64,000 nucleotides of DNA from Flavobacteriales bacterium (GTDB lineage Bacteria > Bacteroidota > Bacteroidia > Flavobacteriales > Flavobacteriaceae), in NCBI GenBank assembly GCA_038326725.1, contig JBBQKI010000004.1, positions 4,393 through 68,392 of the forward strand, in the 5' to 3' direction. Every line of letters begins with the position of its first letter. The stretch's first letter is position 1. The notes beneath the pieces were generated by a model. It saw only the letters and a program-made list of their open reading frames with translations, made no database searches and had not been told where the DNA came from. The position numbers and the translations under genes are program-made. Positions 1 through 9,653 of this stretch are shown in pieces.

Positions 1-37
1 ATATAAAAAGAACCGAGGCCTATTGGCGAAGGTGGGG

Positions 38-132
38 TAGTTGATTGGTTGATTAGTTGTTGGTTGATTATTGATGGTGGGTAGTGTTGGTTGGTGGACA
101 CAGCCCTTTACTCACTACCCACCAACCATTAC
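38..132. repeat. T/G-rich word repeats (TTGGTTGAT-type; two tandem 15-mers at 45-74) ending in an 11-bp perfect inverted repeat, GGTGGGTAGTG (76-86) / CACTACCCACC (113-123)
   Basis: Read directly from the sequence. ttggttgattagttg and ttggttgattattga are adjacent. The reverse complement of 113-123 equals 76-86. Confidence 0.6.
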
Positions 133-248
133 CAAGGTTGTTTTCTCGCTTTATTTTTTGCTCAAGGCACCGCACTCCTTACTACCCTTTCCCAACTATT
201 TTAAAATATGTATCTTTAAGGCAAGTGATTTAATTTTATAAAAAAGCT

Positions 249-2399
249 ATGAAAAAAGAGAAGAAAACCGAATCAAAAAAGATTGATGACCTGAGCCGAA
301 ACACCGAAGACGGCACCGACCAGTTCATCACTACCAACCAAGGCCTGCGAATCAACGACAACCAGAACTCGCTAAAGGCTGGGGAACGCGGTCCCTCCCT
401 ACTTGAAGACTTTATACTGCGCGAGAAAATCACCCATTTTGACCACGAGCGTATTCCGGAAAGGATAGTGCACGCGCGTGGCTCTGGAGCCCATGGATAT
501 TTTCAGGTTTATAAACCCATGAAGAAATACACCAAGGCGGGCTTCCTCAATGACCCTGGACGCAAGACTCCCGTCTTCGTAAGGTTTTCAACGGTGGCTG
601 GCTCCCTTGGTTCCACCGACTTAGCACGGGACGTTAGAGGCTTTTCCACCAAGTTCTATACCGATGAGGGCATTTATGACCTTGTGGGCAACAACGTACC
701 CGTATTCTTTATTCAGGACGCCATGAAATTCCCAGATTTGGTTCACGCCGTAAAGCCGGAACCGAACAAGGGCATTCCCCAAGCCGCTTCCGCCCACGAC
801 ACCTTTTGGGATTTTATTTCCCTCATGCCGGAGTCCGCACACATGATCATGTGGGTGATGTCCGATAGGGCAATCCCCCGTAGTTTACGGATGATTGAAG
901 GCTTTGGCGTTCACACCTTTCGCCTTGTAAATGAAGCAGGTAAGTCCCACTTCGTAAAGTTTCACTGGAAGCCTTTATTGGGAACCCATTCCGTACTTTG
1001 GGACGAAGCAGTCAAGATTTCGGGAGCCGATTCCGACTTCCACAGACGCGATCTTTTTGATGCAATAGACAATGGCGATTTCCCCGAATGGGAACTTGGG
1101 GTACAGATTATCCCTGAGGAGGACGAACATAAATTCGACTTCGACCTTTTGGACGCCACCAAGCTAGTGCCGGAGGAAGAAGTGCCAGTACAACGCATAG
1201 GGAAATTGACCTTAAATCGTAACCCGGACAACTTCTTTGCGGAAACCGAACAGGTGGCCTTTCACCCCGGCCATTTGGTGCCGGGTATTGAGTTTACCAA
1301 CGATCCACTTTTGCAAGGCAGGTTATTTTCCTATACCGATACGCAGCTTTCGCGCTTGGGCAGTCCGAATTTCCATGAAATCCCCATTAACCGTTCCGTG
1401 GCGCCAATTCATAACAACCAGCGCGACGGCCATATGCGGCAACAAATAAATAAGGGCCAGACCCACTACCATCCCAATTCCTTGGGCGGGGGCTGTCCAT
1501 ACCAAGCAATGATGAGCGAAGGCGGATTTACAAGTTATGGCGAAAAGATGGATGGCCGCAAAGTACGCGACCGAAGTGAGAGCTTTAAGGACCACTTTAG
1601 TCAAGCCACCATGTTCTTCAACAGCCAAACAGAAATAGAGAAGCAACACATCATAAATGCGCTGACGTTTGAATTGGGCAAGGTAAAGACCGTTGCCATT
1701 CGCGAGCGAATGGTGGGCATCCTTTCGCAGATTGAGATGCGGATAGCCAAAGAGGTGGCCACTGGCTTAGGAATTAAAACCGTCCCCAAACCGCAACGAC
1801 CCATTAACCATGGCGTTCCTGCAGATGCGGACCAAAGCAAATATGAACCCATCAAATCCAACCCAAAAACCAAAACCTCCAAGGCCTTGAGTTTGTTTCA
1901 TGACAACCCCAAAACAATCAAGACGAGGCAGGTTGCTTTTTTATGTGCGGACGGGGTGGATGGCCCTTCCGTGGATAAAATGAAGAATGCTTTGGAAAAA
2001 GGCGGAGCCAATGTAAAAATAGTTGCCCCACATCATGGGGAGATAAGCACCGCGACCGGCAAAAACCTAAAAGTGGACGATAGCTTCCTGACCGGGGCTC
2101 CCTTTGTGTTTGATGCCTTTTACGTCCCGGACGGCGCCAAAAGCGTTGAAGCCCTGTTGAAGGAAGCAGCCGCTTTGGAATTTTTGGACCAGGGCTATAA
2201 ACATTTAAAACCCATAGCCGGCGCTGGTGACGCCGAGAAGTTGTTTGCCCGAGCAAGTTTTGCAGGGACCATAGGCTCCAAAAAAGCTGATAAGGCAGGG
2301 GTCTTGTTAAGCAAGGGAAAGGATGCTGATAAAATGGTCAATTCCTTTATCGCCTTGATGGAAGGCCATAAAGTTTGGAGCCGTACAGAATTAATGTAG
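249..2399 (+). CDS. katE: Large-subunit (HPII-type) catalase
   Basis: 716-aa ORF with the catalase active-site motif [22 protein letters not shown] and the heme-ligand motif [14 protein letters not shown]. It has the long C-terminal extension typical of clade-2 large catalases. Confidence 0.95.
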   Translation: MKKEKKTESKKIDDLSRNTEDGTDQFITTNQGLRINDNQNSLKAGERGPSLLEDFILREKITHFDHERIPERIVHARGSGAHGYFQVYKPMKKYTKAGFLNDPGRKTPVFVRFSTVAGSLGSTDLARDVRGFSTKFYTDEGIYDLVGNNVPVFFIQDAMKFPDLVHAVKPEPNKGIPQAASAHDTFWDFISLMPESAHMIMWVMSDRAIPRSLRMIEGFGVHTFRLVNEAGKSHFVKFHWKPLLGTHSVLWDEAVKISGADSDFHRRDLFDAIDNGDFPEWELGVQIIPEEDEHKFDFDLLDATKLVPEEEVPVQRIGKLTLNRNPDNFFAETEQVAFHPGHLVPGIEFTNDPLLQGRLFSYTDTQLSRLGSPNFHEIPINRSVAPIHNNQRDGHMRQQINKGQTHYHPNSLGGGCPYQAMMSEGGFTSYGEKMDGRKVRDRSESFKDHFSQATMFFNSQTEIEKQHIINALTFELGKVKTVAIRERMVGILSQIEMRIAKEVATGLGIKTVPKPQRPINHGVPADADQSKYEPIKSNPKTKTSKALSLFHDNPKTIKTRQVAFLCADGVDGPSVDKMKNALEKGGANVKIVAPHHGEISTATGKNLKVDDSFLTGAPFVFDAFYVPDGAKSVEALLKEAAALEFLDQGYKHLKPIAGAGDAEKLFARASFAGTIGSKKADKAGVLLSKGKDADKMVNSFIALMEGHKVWSRTELM

Positions 2400-2423
2400 T
2401 AATCCTCATTTAATTTTTAAAAG

Positions 2424-2458
2424 AAAACCCGGAAAGGAAATGCCTTTTCGGGTTTTTA
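2424..2458. terminator. Rho-independent terminator, bidirectional, between convergent genes
   Basis: 14-bp stem aaaacccggaaagg / ccttttcgggtttt (one G-U pair) with a 5-nt loop. An A-run lies before it and a T-run after it. Confidence 0.75.
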
Positions 2459-2507
2459 TAATTTATTCAATAACATTCAAATTCACGCCCTCTAACTACT
2501 ACCCTAA

Positions 2508-2960
2508 TTAAACAGCCATCTCCAGATCCTTCTTCGATTTCCTATAAAGGTAATTATTGAAAATATTCCTTTTGGCAAAGCGGTATTGCTTGTCCGAATT
2601 GATCATCTTAACGAACAGCTTTTTGTCCACACCAAAGTATTCATACGTTGTGCCGTCCAAAAAGGTAATTTCAAGTACCAAGCCTTTATGATGAAAATCG
2701 GTAATGCCGGTTTCAGAGGTAGTAATATTGTAGGCTTCAAGGTTGGATGCTTTGGTTTCAGGCGCAATGCTGACCAAGAAATGATAGGCGTCAATTATTT
2801 TGCGGCTGTTCCTTTCGGCTTCTTCGGCCATGGCATCGCCCGCCATAAATTTGTCCGGGTGCCATTCCTTCACCAAGTTGCGATAGGTAGTTTTAAGTTG
2901 CTTCAGGTCGATATCCTTTTCAACAGAGAATAGTTTTTTGTATTCGTTGATGCGCTTCAT
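2508..2960 (-). CDS. J-domain protein with C-terminal KTSC-like domain
   Basis: N-terminal J domain with the HPD motif (LVKEWHPDKF). The C-terminal LEITFLDGTTYEYFGV...YRFAKRNI resembles KTSC domains. Confidence 0.7.
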   Translation of the reverse strand: MKRINEYKKLFSVEKDIDLKQLKTTYRNLVKEWHPDKFMAGDAMAEEAERNSRKIIDAYHFLVSIAPETKASNLEAYNITTSETGITDFHHKGLVLEITFLDGTTYEYFGVDKKLFVKMINSDKQYRFAKRNIFNNYLYRKSKKDLEMAV

Positions 2961-3222
2961 AAACGGCTTTTTTTAAATCAGCCGCGAAACTACGCTATTT
3001 TCTTTGAATGAAATTGAATTTACGAAATGTTTAATAAGAATTAATACCCATTAGGGTAATGCTAATGAATGAGTTATAAGTGGCTTAATAATTTTAATGA
3101 AAAAAATGGCATCCATATAAATGAAACCTCAAAATCTGTATATTTAGCAGGAGTTTGTCCTTAATTAATCCTTGTGCGCAACAATGGATTTAATGAGTAT
3201 CTGCCCAACCAAAAAAAGAAGA

Positions 3223-5019
3223 ATGGGATACGAAGCCTATGTTACCCTTGCGGTAATTGTTATTGCCTTTATACTTTTTGCACTTGAATATTTCAGCATA
3301 GATCATATTTCCATCTGCGTGGTAGTGGTTTTGGTTATAACAGGGGTGCTTAGTCCCGAAGATGGCGTAAAGGGTTTTGCCAATCCGGCCACCATTACGG
3401 TTGCGGCTATGTTCGTTCTTAGTGATGCCCTGCTGCGGACGGGAATCGTGGACAGCATCACGCCTCTTTTTATAAGGATGATTCAGAAAAGCTATTATTT
3501 ATCCATTATCGGGATTACTACCATTACGGGTTCCATCAGTGCTTTCGTCAACAATACGCCTGTGGTCGCAACATTCATTCCTATAGTGACTAGTGCGGCC
3601 AAAAAAACGAATACCCCTGCATCAAAACTATTGATCCCGCTTTCCTATGGGGCTATTTTTGGCGGTACCTGTACGCTGATTGGGACTTCCACCAATCTTT
3701 TGATAAGCGGGATAGCCGTTAGTTTTGGGTTGGAACCTTTCGGGATGTTTTTGATGGCGCCCATGGGGCTTATCTTCTTTTTAGGAGGGGTGATATATTT
3801 AGCCATTTTTTCAAATAAACTGCTACCGGATCAAACGGTAAGCTCCGACCTTAGCGAAGCAGTCAACCTTAAAAACTACCTTACCGAGATAAAGGTGATT
3901 AAAAGCTTTCATGACGATAAAACTCCGATAACTCTCGGGAACCTCTTTAAAAAAGACGGGATGAAAGTTTATGTAAACCAGCTGCAACGGGGCGATGAGA
4001 TCATCAAGAATCCCCCGGTGGATTTTATGTTGCAGGAAGGCGACCATTTACTGGTGCGCGGCGAAAAAGAGAAAATTAAAAATTTATTGAAAAATGAAGC
4101 CTTGAACATCTCCAGCAAATTGGGGACGCGCATCTTCCAATCTCAGGAAACTAAATTGATTGAAATAATCCTCTTGCCCAATTCGGAATTGATAAACAAG
4201 CAACTAGACGATACCGATTTCTTTCAGAAATACCGTTCAAAAGTATTGGCCATCCGCCAGCGCGGAAAGCAGACCGTGGACGATGTAACGCTAGTTCGCT
4301 TAAGGGTGGGCGATATTATTTTGTTGCAAACCGATGACGACGGGGCTAAATTGCTTCAGGCTAGCGAACGAAAACGCCGGGCCCCGTTTATATCCTTGAG
4401 CCAATCGGGGATCAAAAAGATCAACAAAAAGAAGTTGTCCATTGCGGTATTAACCATTGCTACTGTAGTGCTGTTGGCTTCTTTTGAAATTTTAGATATC
4501 ATGACCGCTTCCTTGGCCGGGATAGCAGTGCTCATTTTTTCGAATATCACCTCTACGGAAGATGCTTATAGAGCCATAGACTGGAAAGTAATAATCTTGT
4601 TGGCGGGGGCATTGAGTATTGGCGAGGCTATGCAACAAAGCGGGTTGTCCACCATTCTTGCAAATTGGTTGGCGGATAGTGCAGGAGCGTTTTTGGGCGC
4701 TACCCTATTGGTTTCGCTGTTGTACCTCATCACCACTGTTTTAACCGGCGTGATGTCTAACAATGCCACAGCTGCGCTCTTAGCCCCCATTGCGATTTCG
4801 CTCGCCGTTTCCTTTGATGTAAGCCCCATCCCCTTTTTAATGGCCATCGCTTTTGCCGCCAGTGCGGATTTTATGACGCCCATTGGCTATCAAACCAATA
4901 CGATGGTTTACAGCGCGGGCAATTATGCCTTTAAGGATTTCCTAAGGATAGGCACACCATTGCACATTTTGTTTTGGATACTGGCCACCTTTTTAATCCC
5001 GTATTTTTATCCGTTGTAA
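3223..5019 (+). CDS. SLC13/DASS-family permease with two central TrkA-C (RCK_C)-like domains
   Basis: Polytopic membrane ORF with a soluble middle part containing two GD..L.V.G-type segments (QEGDHLLVRGEKE; RVGDIILLQTDDD). Start set at ATG 3223 (MGYEAY); ATG 3184 or TTG 3172 are alternatives. Confidence 0.8.
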   Translation: MGYEAYVTLAVIVIAFILFALEYFSIDHISICVVVVLVITGVLSPEDGVKGFANPATITVAAMFVLSDALLRTGIVDSITPLFIRMIQKSYYLSIIGITTITGSISAFVNNTPVVATFIPIVTSAAKKTNTPASKLLIPLSYGAIFGGTCTLIGTSTNLLISGIAVSFGLEPFGMFLMAPMGLIFFLGGVIYLAIFSNKLLPDQTVSSDLSEAVNLKNYLTEIKVIKSFHDDKTPITLGNLFKKDGMKVYVNQLQRGDEIIKNPPVDFMLQEGDHLLVRGEKEKIKNLLKNEALNISSKLGTRIFQSQETKLIEIILLPNSELINKQLDDTDFFQKYRSKVLAIRQRGKQTVDDVTLVRLRVGDIILLQTDDDGAKLLQASERKRRAPFISLSQSGIKKINKKKLSIAVLTIATVVLLASFEILDIMTASLAGIAVLIFSNITSTEDAYRAIDWKVIILLAGALSIGEAMQQSGLSTILANWLADSAGAFLGATLLVSLLYLITTVLTGVMSNNATAALLAPIAISLAVSFDVSPIPFLMAIAFAASADFMTPIGYQTNTMVYSAGNYAFKDFLRIGTPLHILFWILATFLIPYFYPL

Positions 5020-5099
5020 GAATTGTAAGGATTAAGAAATATGGATTTAAGAATTGGGAAATTTTTATATATTGCGCTTCCCTTAAAAAAAAATAATAC

Positions 5100-5702
5100 A
5101 TGTTCGGAAAATTACATTTATTGATTGGGTTTATTTTTGTTTATACTGCATCCTTCGCACAGGAACATGGAGTTAGAATTGTGGAAGAACCCGCCCCCAA
5201 CCGCCTAAACCTCTAAGCCTACAACGAAAGTGAAATGGATTATGATGTAGCCATTACCGTTACCGGCACCAACTTCAAGCAGAAAAGTGCGGCAAAACCA
5301 AGGTATGCACGCATTCCGGCAACTTCAAAAGTATTGTTGCACACCCTTATATTGCTTCGGGGGAAAAAACCCGTCTAAACCTATGAACTCATGGTGAACG
5401 ACAGCTTATCCAAACGTTCCTTGCAAAAAGAATTTGAACTTATAAAAATCCCACCAGCAAGGCCCATTATTGTTTATACCATGGAGAACTGTACCAATTG
5501 TAAAGGTTTGGTTGCCTCACTTGAGCAAAGCCCTTACCAGTTCAAGCATCAAAACCTTGATGAAAAGCCTGAAATAAGGGAGCAATTATCACAATTTTTG
5601 GTCACCAATCCTCTTATCAATATGGGAGGCGTATTGCACGACGATATTGAAAATTATGCGCAACTGCTGGATGTTTTAAAAAAATATAAGGAAAAGGAAT
5701 AG
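5100..5702 (+). pseudogene. Secreted glutaredoxin/thioredoxin-fold protein gene interrupted by two in-frame TAA codons (5214-5216, 5376-5378); the last segment survives as ORF 5391-5702
   Basis: ATG 5100 opens a signal-peptide-like segment (MFGKLHLLIGFIFVYTASFAQ). All three segments are in the same frame (5100 and 5391 are both multiples of 3). The C-terminal part has a glutaredoxin-like IIVYTMENCTNCKG motif. Confidence 0.6.
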
Positions 5703-5718
5703 TTATTTAAGAAAGCAT

Positions 5719-5943
5719 TTATTTACCGGAACCTTTGGTTTTTAAATACAACCGCTCTAATTTTTCGCGTGCCCAAGGCGTTTTTCTAAGAAAGGTAAGG
5801 CTGGATTTGATTGAAGGATCGGCAGTGAAACAACGGATGTTAATCTTTTCGCCCATAGCCTCCCATCCTAGTTTTTCAACCAAATTAATCAAGATTTCCT
5901 CGAGTTTTATTCCATGTAACGGATTGTTGGTTTGTATTTCCAT
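5719..5943 (-). CDS. VF530/DUF2132-family small DNA-binding protein
   Basis: 74 aa. [25 protein letters not shown]...IRCF...[21 protein letters not shown] matches the family pattern as I recall it. Confidence 0.7.
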   Translation of the reverse strand: MEIQTNNPLHGIKLEEILINLVEKLGWEAMGEKINIRCFTADPSIKSSLTFLRKTPWAREKLERLYLKTKGSGK

Positions 5944-5961
5944 AGGGAACTGAAAAGGCTA

Positions 5962-7311
5962 TTATTTCTTTTTATTGCGCTTGTTGTAATTCTTGTCGCC
6001 GCGGGTCTTGGGTTTTTTGTATTTCTTTGCGATTTCACGCCTGTACGATCCCCCCAAGTTTGTCTTGATATTCTTTTCCTTCTTTTCGTGAAAGCCCGAT
6101 CCTGCATCCTCTTGGCGTACATTGGGATTATTGGCTTCCAGGATTTTGGGCATTTCTTCGTAGGTCAACTTTTCTGAGATTTCTACATCGGCGGGAAATT
6201 CCAGCACAGGGATTTGATAATTCATCAATTCTTCTATAGCTTCCTTAGCGAACTCTTCCTCCGGGGTGTAAAACAAAATGGAATGCCCCTGCTGCCCTGC
6301 CCTGCCCGTTCGGCCAATGCGGTGCATGTAATTTTCCGGGAAGGCCGGGGTATCGAAATTCACCACATGCGAGATGGTGTCCAAGTCCAAGCCCCGGGCC
6401 ATCACATCGGTGGAAACCAAAATACGGTTAGTGCCTTCGTTGAATTGCCGTATAGAACGTATCCTGTAATTCTGGGTTTTGTTGGAATGAATAATTGCCG
6501 CCTCCGACCCGTAAAAATCGTCCAGGGCTTCAAACAGCAAGTCGGCTCTTTTTTTATTCGAAACAAAAACCAAAACCTTATTATAAACTTTTTTATCCAG
6601 CAACAAATGAGACAGCAGGTTCACTTTAGTATAAAAATTAGGGACCGCACAAGCCACTTGTGCTATATTGTCCAAAGGCGTCCCGCTAACGGCTACCGAA
6701 ACTTTGGTAGGGCTGATGAAAAAATCTTCGATCAAGGCTTCAACATCTTCGGTCATAGTGGCCGAAAACATAATGTTCTGCCGCCGTTCCGGCAAAAGTT
6801 CAAAAATATTGATGAGCTGAAAGCGAAAACCAAGATCCAGCATCACGTCCACTTCATCTATTACTAGTTTCTTTATGTTCTTTAAGGATACTGCCTTGCT
6901 AACGGCCAGATCATACAACCGCCCGGGGGTAGCTACCAAAATGTCCATTCCTTGGGAAACAGCTTGTTTTTGCGTATTTATATTTACCCCGCCGAAAACC
7001 CCGGTCACGCGCACAGTACTGTATTTTCCGAAGCGCTCGATTTCAGAGACCACTTGCAAAACCAGTTCGCGGGTGGGGACTAAAATCAAGATGCGGGGAG
7101 GGATTTCTTTTGAAAACTTAAACTCTTGCAGCAGGGGCAGCATATATGCAAACGTTTTGCCCGTACCTGTCTGTGCTATGCCAACCATATCCTTCCCTGA
7201 AAGGATTACAGAAAAAGACTGGGATTGAATAGGTGTTGGAGTTTTGAAATTTAAATCGTCAATGGCGTACTGCAACTGTTTTGACAAATTAAAATCTTGA
7301 AAGGAATCCAT
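5962..7311 (-). CDS. DEAD-box ATP-dependent RNA helicase with basic C-terminal tail
   Basis: Q-motif region (FKTPTPIQ), Walker A AQTGTGKT, DEVD box (VIDEVDVML), SAT, and HRIGRTGRAG. Start set at the internal ATG 7309-7311 (MDSFQDF), because the longer ORF overlaps the next gene. Confidence 0.92.
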   Translation of the reverse strand: MDSFQDFNLSKQLQYAIDDLNFKTPTPIQSQSFSVILSGKDMVGIAQTGTGKTFAYMLPLLQEFKFSKEIPPRILILVPTRELVLQVVSEIERFGKYSTVRVTGVFGGVNINTQKQAVSQGMDILVATPGRLYDLAVSKAVSLKNIKKLVIDEVDVMLDLGFRFQLINIFELLPERRQNIMFSATMTEDVEALIEDFFISPTKVSVAVSGTPLDNIAQVACAVPNFYTKVNLLSHLLLDKKVYNKVLVFVSNKKRADLLFEALDDFYGSEAAIIHSNKTQNYRIRSIRQFNEGTNRILVSTDVMARGLDLDTISHVVNFDTPAFPENYMHRIGRTGRAGQQGHSILFYTPEEEFAKEAIEELMNYQIPVLEFPADVEISEKLTYEEMPKILEANNPNVRQEDAGSGFHEKKEKNIKTNLGGSYRREIAKKYKKPKTRGDKNYNKRNKKK

Positions 7312-7409
7312 GTAAGAAGGTTTTTGGCAAAGGTACGGCAAACCTTTCAGAAAGGTTTTTTGTTTAAACCCGAAGAAGGATTGATATAACCCAATCTTGG
7401 AAAAGAAGT

Positions 7410-7655
7410 TTACACTTTGGGTTCCTTTTTGGGCATCGGCCCGCGAAGGTGAATTACTAACCCATTTAAAAAATTGCGCAGGAACTGATCGCCACATTCC
7501 ATATAATTAGGATGGTCCTCTGCCCGGTATATTGCCCCTATTTCGCTCTTGGTGACTTTAAAATCAACAAGCGCGCAAATATCTACTATATCGTTATCCC
7601 TCAATTTAAGGGCAACGCGGAGCTTTTTCATTATGTCGTTATTACTTAGTGCCAT
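7410..7655 (-). CDS. DUF1456 (YehS-like) family protein
   Basis: 81 aa. Pattern NNDIMKKLRVALKLRDNDIVDI...VTKSEIGAIYR...HPNYMECGDQFLRNFLNGL. Confidence 0.65.
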   Translation of the reverse strand: MALSNNDIMKKLRVALKLRDNDIVDICALVDFKVTKSEIGAIYRAEDHPNYMECGDQFLRNFLNGLVIHLRGPMPKKEPKV

Positions 7656-7810
7656 ATTATAATTTTGTTGCTGTAAAGATATTCGGTTTCCTCTTACTTT
7701 TAAGTAAAACGTTAATAGTTTGTTAAAATAGTACTTTGCAATACACAGTACTGTAACAAATATATCCAGCAGTAGTCTATTCTATATAACCAAGATTTAA
7801 AACCAATATT

Positions 7811-7897
7811 ATGAGAACTTTAAACAGAATGTCCATTACGGTAAGGCATGAAACCAAGCGCGAATTATGGAATGCTAAACGCCGTTACAGAAATTAA
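7811..7897 (+). CDS. Candidate small basic protein (28 aa), paralogue of the next ORF
   Basis: ATG after an A-rich leader. MRTLNRMSITVRHETKRELWNAKRRYRN shares LWNxKRRY with ORF 7920-8018, and some differences are synonymous. Confidence 0.35.
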   Translation: MRTLNRMSITVRHETKRELWNAKRRYRN

Positions 7898-7919
7898 CAA
7901 CAATTAAAACAACAGAAAA

Positions 7920-8018
7920 ATGAAAACCATGATCAACAATGCCCGTAACATTAAAACAGTTAGTTCAAAATCCATTTTATGGAATGAAAAACGTCGGTAC
8001 AAAAAATTAGCCTATTAA
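7920..8018 (+). CDS. Candidate small basic protein (32 aa), paralogue of the previous ORF
   Basis: MKTMINNARNIKTVSSKSILWNEKRRYKKLAY, with an A-rich leader (aacagaaaaATG). Confidence 0.35.
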   Translation: MKTMINNARNIKTVSSKSILWNEKRRYKKLAY

Positions 8019-8029
8019 ATTTATAAGTC

Positions 8030-8164
8030 ATGGGAGTTTTAGACCAATTAAATTTTAGGCTAAAAAAAATTGCGTTGCTGCAAGGCAGATTACGTGATAG
8101 AAGGATAGAGAACAGGGAGTACTATGATGGTCTATTAAATTGGCAAAACACCCCTACCGCTTAG
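8030..8164 (+). CDS. Candidate small protein (44 aa), predicted amphipathic and basic
   Basis: MGVLDQLNFRLKKIALLQGRLRDRRIENREYYDGLLNWQNTPTA. It is the third consecutive same-strand small ORF in a gap with no ORF of 60 aa or more. Confidence 0.25.
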   Translation: MGVLDQLNFRLKKIALLQGRLRDRRIENREYYDGLLNWQNTPTA

Positions 8165-8175
8165 TGCTCCCCTAT

Positions 8176-8628
8176 TTATTTAGTGGGCACCATCAAAACG
8201 GGGATTTTCGTTTTTTCAAGAACCGATGATGCTACCGTGCCCATCAGTATTTTTTCCAATACGCTATGGCTGTGTGTTCCCATAACAATAAGTGTGGCTC
8301 CCCAAGTGTCGGCATAATCCAGAACCGCATTGGCAGTATCGCCTTCGGCAAGATGGGTGGAAACGGAGACGTCCGTTAAATGCCCGGCTGTAATTTTCAG
8401 GAAGTTTTCGGCAACTTTAATGGATTCGTCCTGTAATTTATAATCTTGCGGAAAGGCATACCCCTCATAGCCCATAAACCCGGAATATTCCATTCCATAA
8501 AAATGCACATCGGAAATCACGTGAATCAAACAAATTTCAGCCCCAGCTAGTTTTGCAAGTTCATGGCCTTTCTGTGTTACTTTTCCTGAAGTGGGCGTAT
8601 AATCTATGGCAATGAGTATTCTTTTCAT
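8176..8628 (-). CDS. Universal stress protein (UspA family)
   Basis: 150 aa. MKRILIAIDYTP..., C-terminal LIVMGTHSHS...GTVASSVLEKTKIPVLMV (Usp ATP-binding-type motif). Confidence 0.85.
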   Translation of the reverse strand: MKRILIAIDYTPTSGKVTQKGHELAKLAGAEICLIHVISDVHFYGMEYSGFMGYEGYAFPQDYKLQDESIKVAENFLKITAGHLTDVSVSTHLAEGDTANAVLDYADTWGATLIVMGTHSHSVLEKILMGTVASSVLEKTKIPVLMVPTK

Positions 8629-8725
8629 GGCAAATGTTTTAAATCTTTATTTTCAAATTAAAAGTACGGCTATATTTTTTAAAATATAAATCAAGCTGCT
8701 TTAAAAATGAAATTAGGGAATAAAA

Positions 8726-9382
8726 CTATTCTTTTACCACAATAACAGTTGCCTTATGTCCCGTAAGCAAGTTCCATTCATGGGAAGCCAGCAAGTTCCC
8801 GACTTCGTCGAAAATCTGCAACTGGGCAGTGTTGGGGCCGGAAGTACCTTGATTTAGTGCTTGGAAATCAATTTTATTAAAACCACTTTGAAGTGGCAGG
8901 TCGAACCCGCGGAAACTGCCCCCGAGTACAACGTTTGATATGGCTACCTCCCCATTTACAAAAATACTTATCCGGTCTCCATCCACATATTCGTGGTCAC
9001 GGTACATAAAGGTTACCATTTTGGCTCCGGTTTTGAAATCCCCCAAATACTGGTCTTCGCCGTATTCCGCTTTTTCCTCTTTATCTTTTGTGAAATATTT
9101 CGGGGTTTTGTTGGTAGTATATTCCATCAATCCATCCCCCTTCTCCATATCGATTTTCTCGGTTTCTTCTTCACCCAAACTATCAAGATTTGAAAGTAAT
9201 GAAGAATTGGTATTTGTTATGGCGGGTTTTCTTATTGAAGGAAGTTCAAAACCCGTTGGGGTATCCAAAGTGCTATCAGGGCTATCAAATCTGACAGAAC
9301 CGCTGGGACTGTCCAATTGGGCGTATAAGGGAAATGCCAAGAAAAAAAAGATAACACTAATTTTACAGATTTTCGAAGACAT
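8726..9382 (-). CDS. Secreted hypothetical protein
   Basis: 218 aa with an N-terminal signal peptide (ISVIFFFLAFPLYAQ), an acidic/Ser-rich linker and a C-terminal beta-rich domain. No family recognised. Confidence 0.6.
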   Translation of the reverse strand: MSSKICKISVIFFFLAFPLYAQLDSPSGSVRFDSPDSTLDTPTGFELPSIRKPAITNTNSSLLSNLDSLGEEETEKIDMEKGDGLMEYTTNKTPKYFTKDKEEKAEYGEDQYLGDFKTGAKMVTFMYRDHEYVDGDRISIFVNGEVAISNVVLGGSFRGFDLPLQSGFNKIDFQALNQGTSGPNTAQLQIFDEVGNLLASHEWNLLTGHKATVIVVKE

Positions 9383-9434
9383 TATTTGTTTTTATAAATC
9401 ACCAACAATTATTACACCACAAATTCCCGGAACA

Positions 9435-9653
9435 TTAAGGGTTTTTATTGTTGTCAATGTCATTTTTTTTCTTTGCTCGCCAAATGAAAAAAAGAAAAAT
9501 AATCACAAGTGGCAGAACAATGTAAAGAATTAAATCTGCAGGGTTTGTTAGATCAATCGGGTGGTTATCTTTTGGGTGGGGCAGTTCGGGTGGGCTTTGT
9601 GCTAATGCATAAAAGCATATTAGCAGCATAATTATCGTCGTTTTAAGTTTCAT
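9435..9653 (-). CDS. Small membrane-anchored protein (signal peptide plus one C-terminal TM helix)
   Basis: 72 aa. MKLKTTIIMLLICFYALAQ, then LILYIVLPLVIIFLFFIW followed by a basic tail. Confidence 0.5.
   Translation of the reverse strand: MKLKTTIIMLLICFYALAQSPPELPHPKDNHPIDLTNPADLILYIVLPLVIIFLFFIWRAKKKNDIDNNKNP

Noticed and set aside
5214-5378. Possibility that TAA is reassigned or read through genome-wide, given three in-frame TAA codons in two genes.
   Set aside because: TAA is the terminator of many well-defined genes in this window (for example the SLC13 permease, rpsA, sixA, aroQ and msrB), and their lengths match family expectations. Stop-codon reassignment is therefore not supported.
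6214-6867. 217-aa ORF antisense to the DEAD-box helicase. Similar long antisense ORFs occur at 8940-9533, 39935-40381, 40825-41235, 46090-46509, 49959-50348 and 60560-61141.
   Set aside because: These are shadow ORFs opposite strongly supported genes. Their sequences are low-complexity or biased, and no recognisable motifs are present.
7312-7497. N-terminal extension of 62 codons on the DEAD-box helicase ORF, overlapping the DUF1456 gene.
   Set aside because: The extension has no helicase similarity. It overlaps the 3' end of the conserved DUF1456 ORF in another frame. The internal ATG at 7309-7311 precedes the Q-motif at the usual distance.
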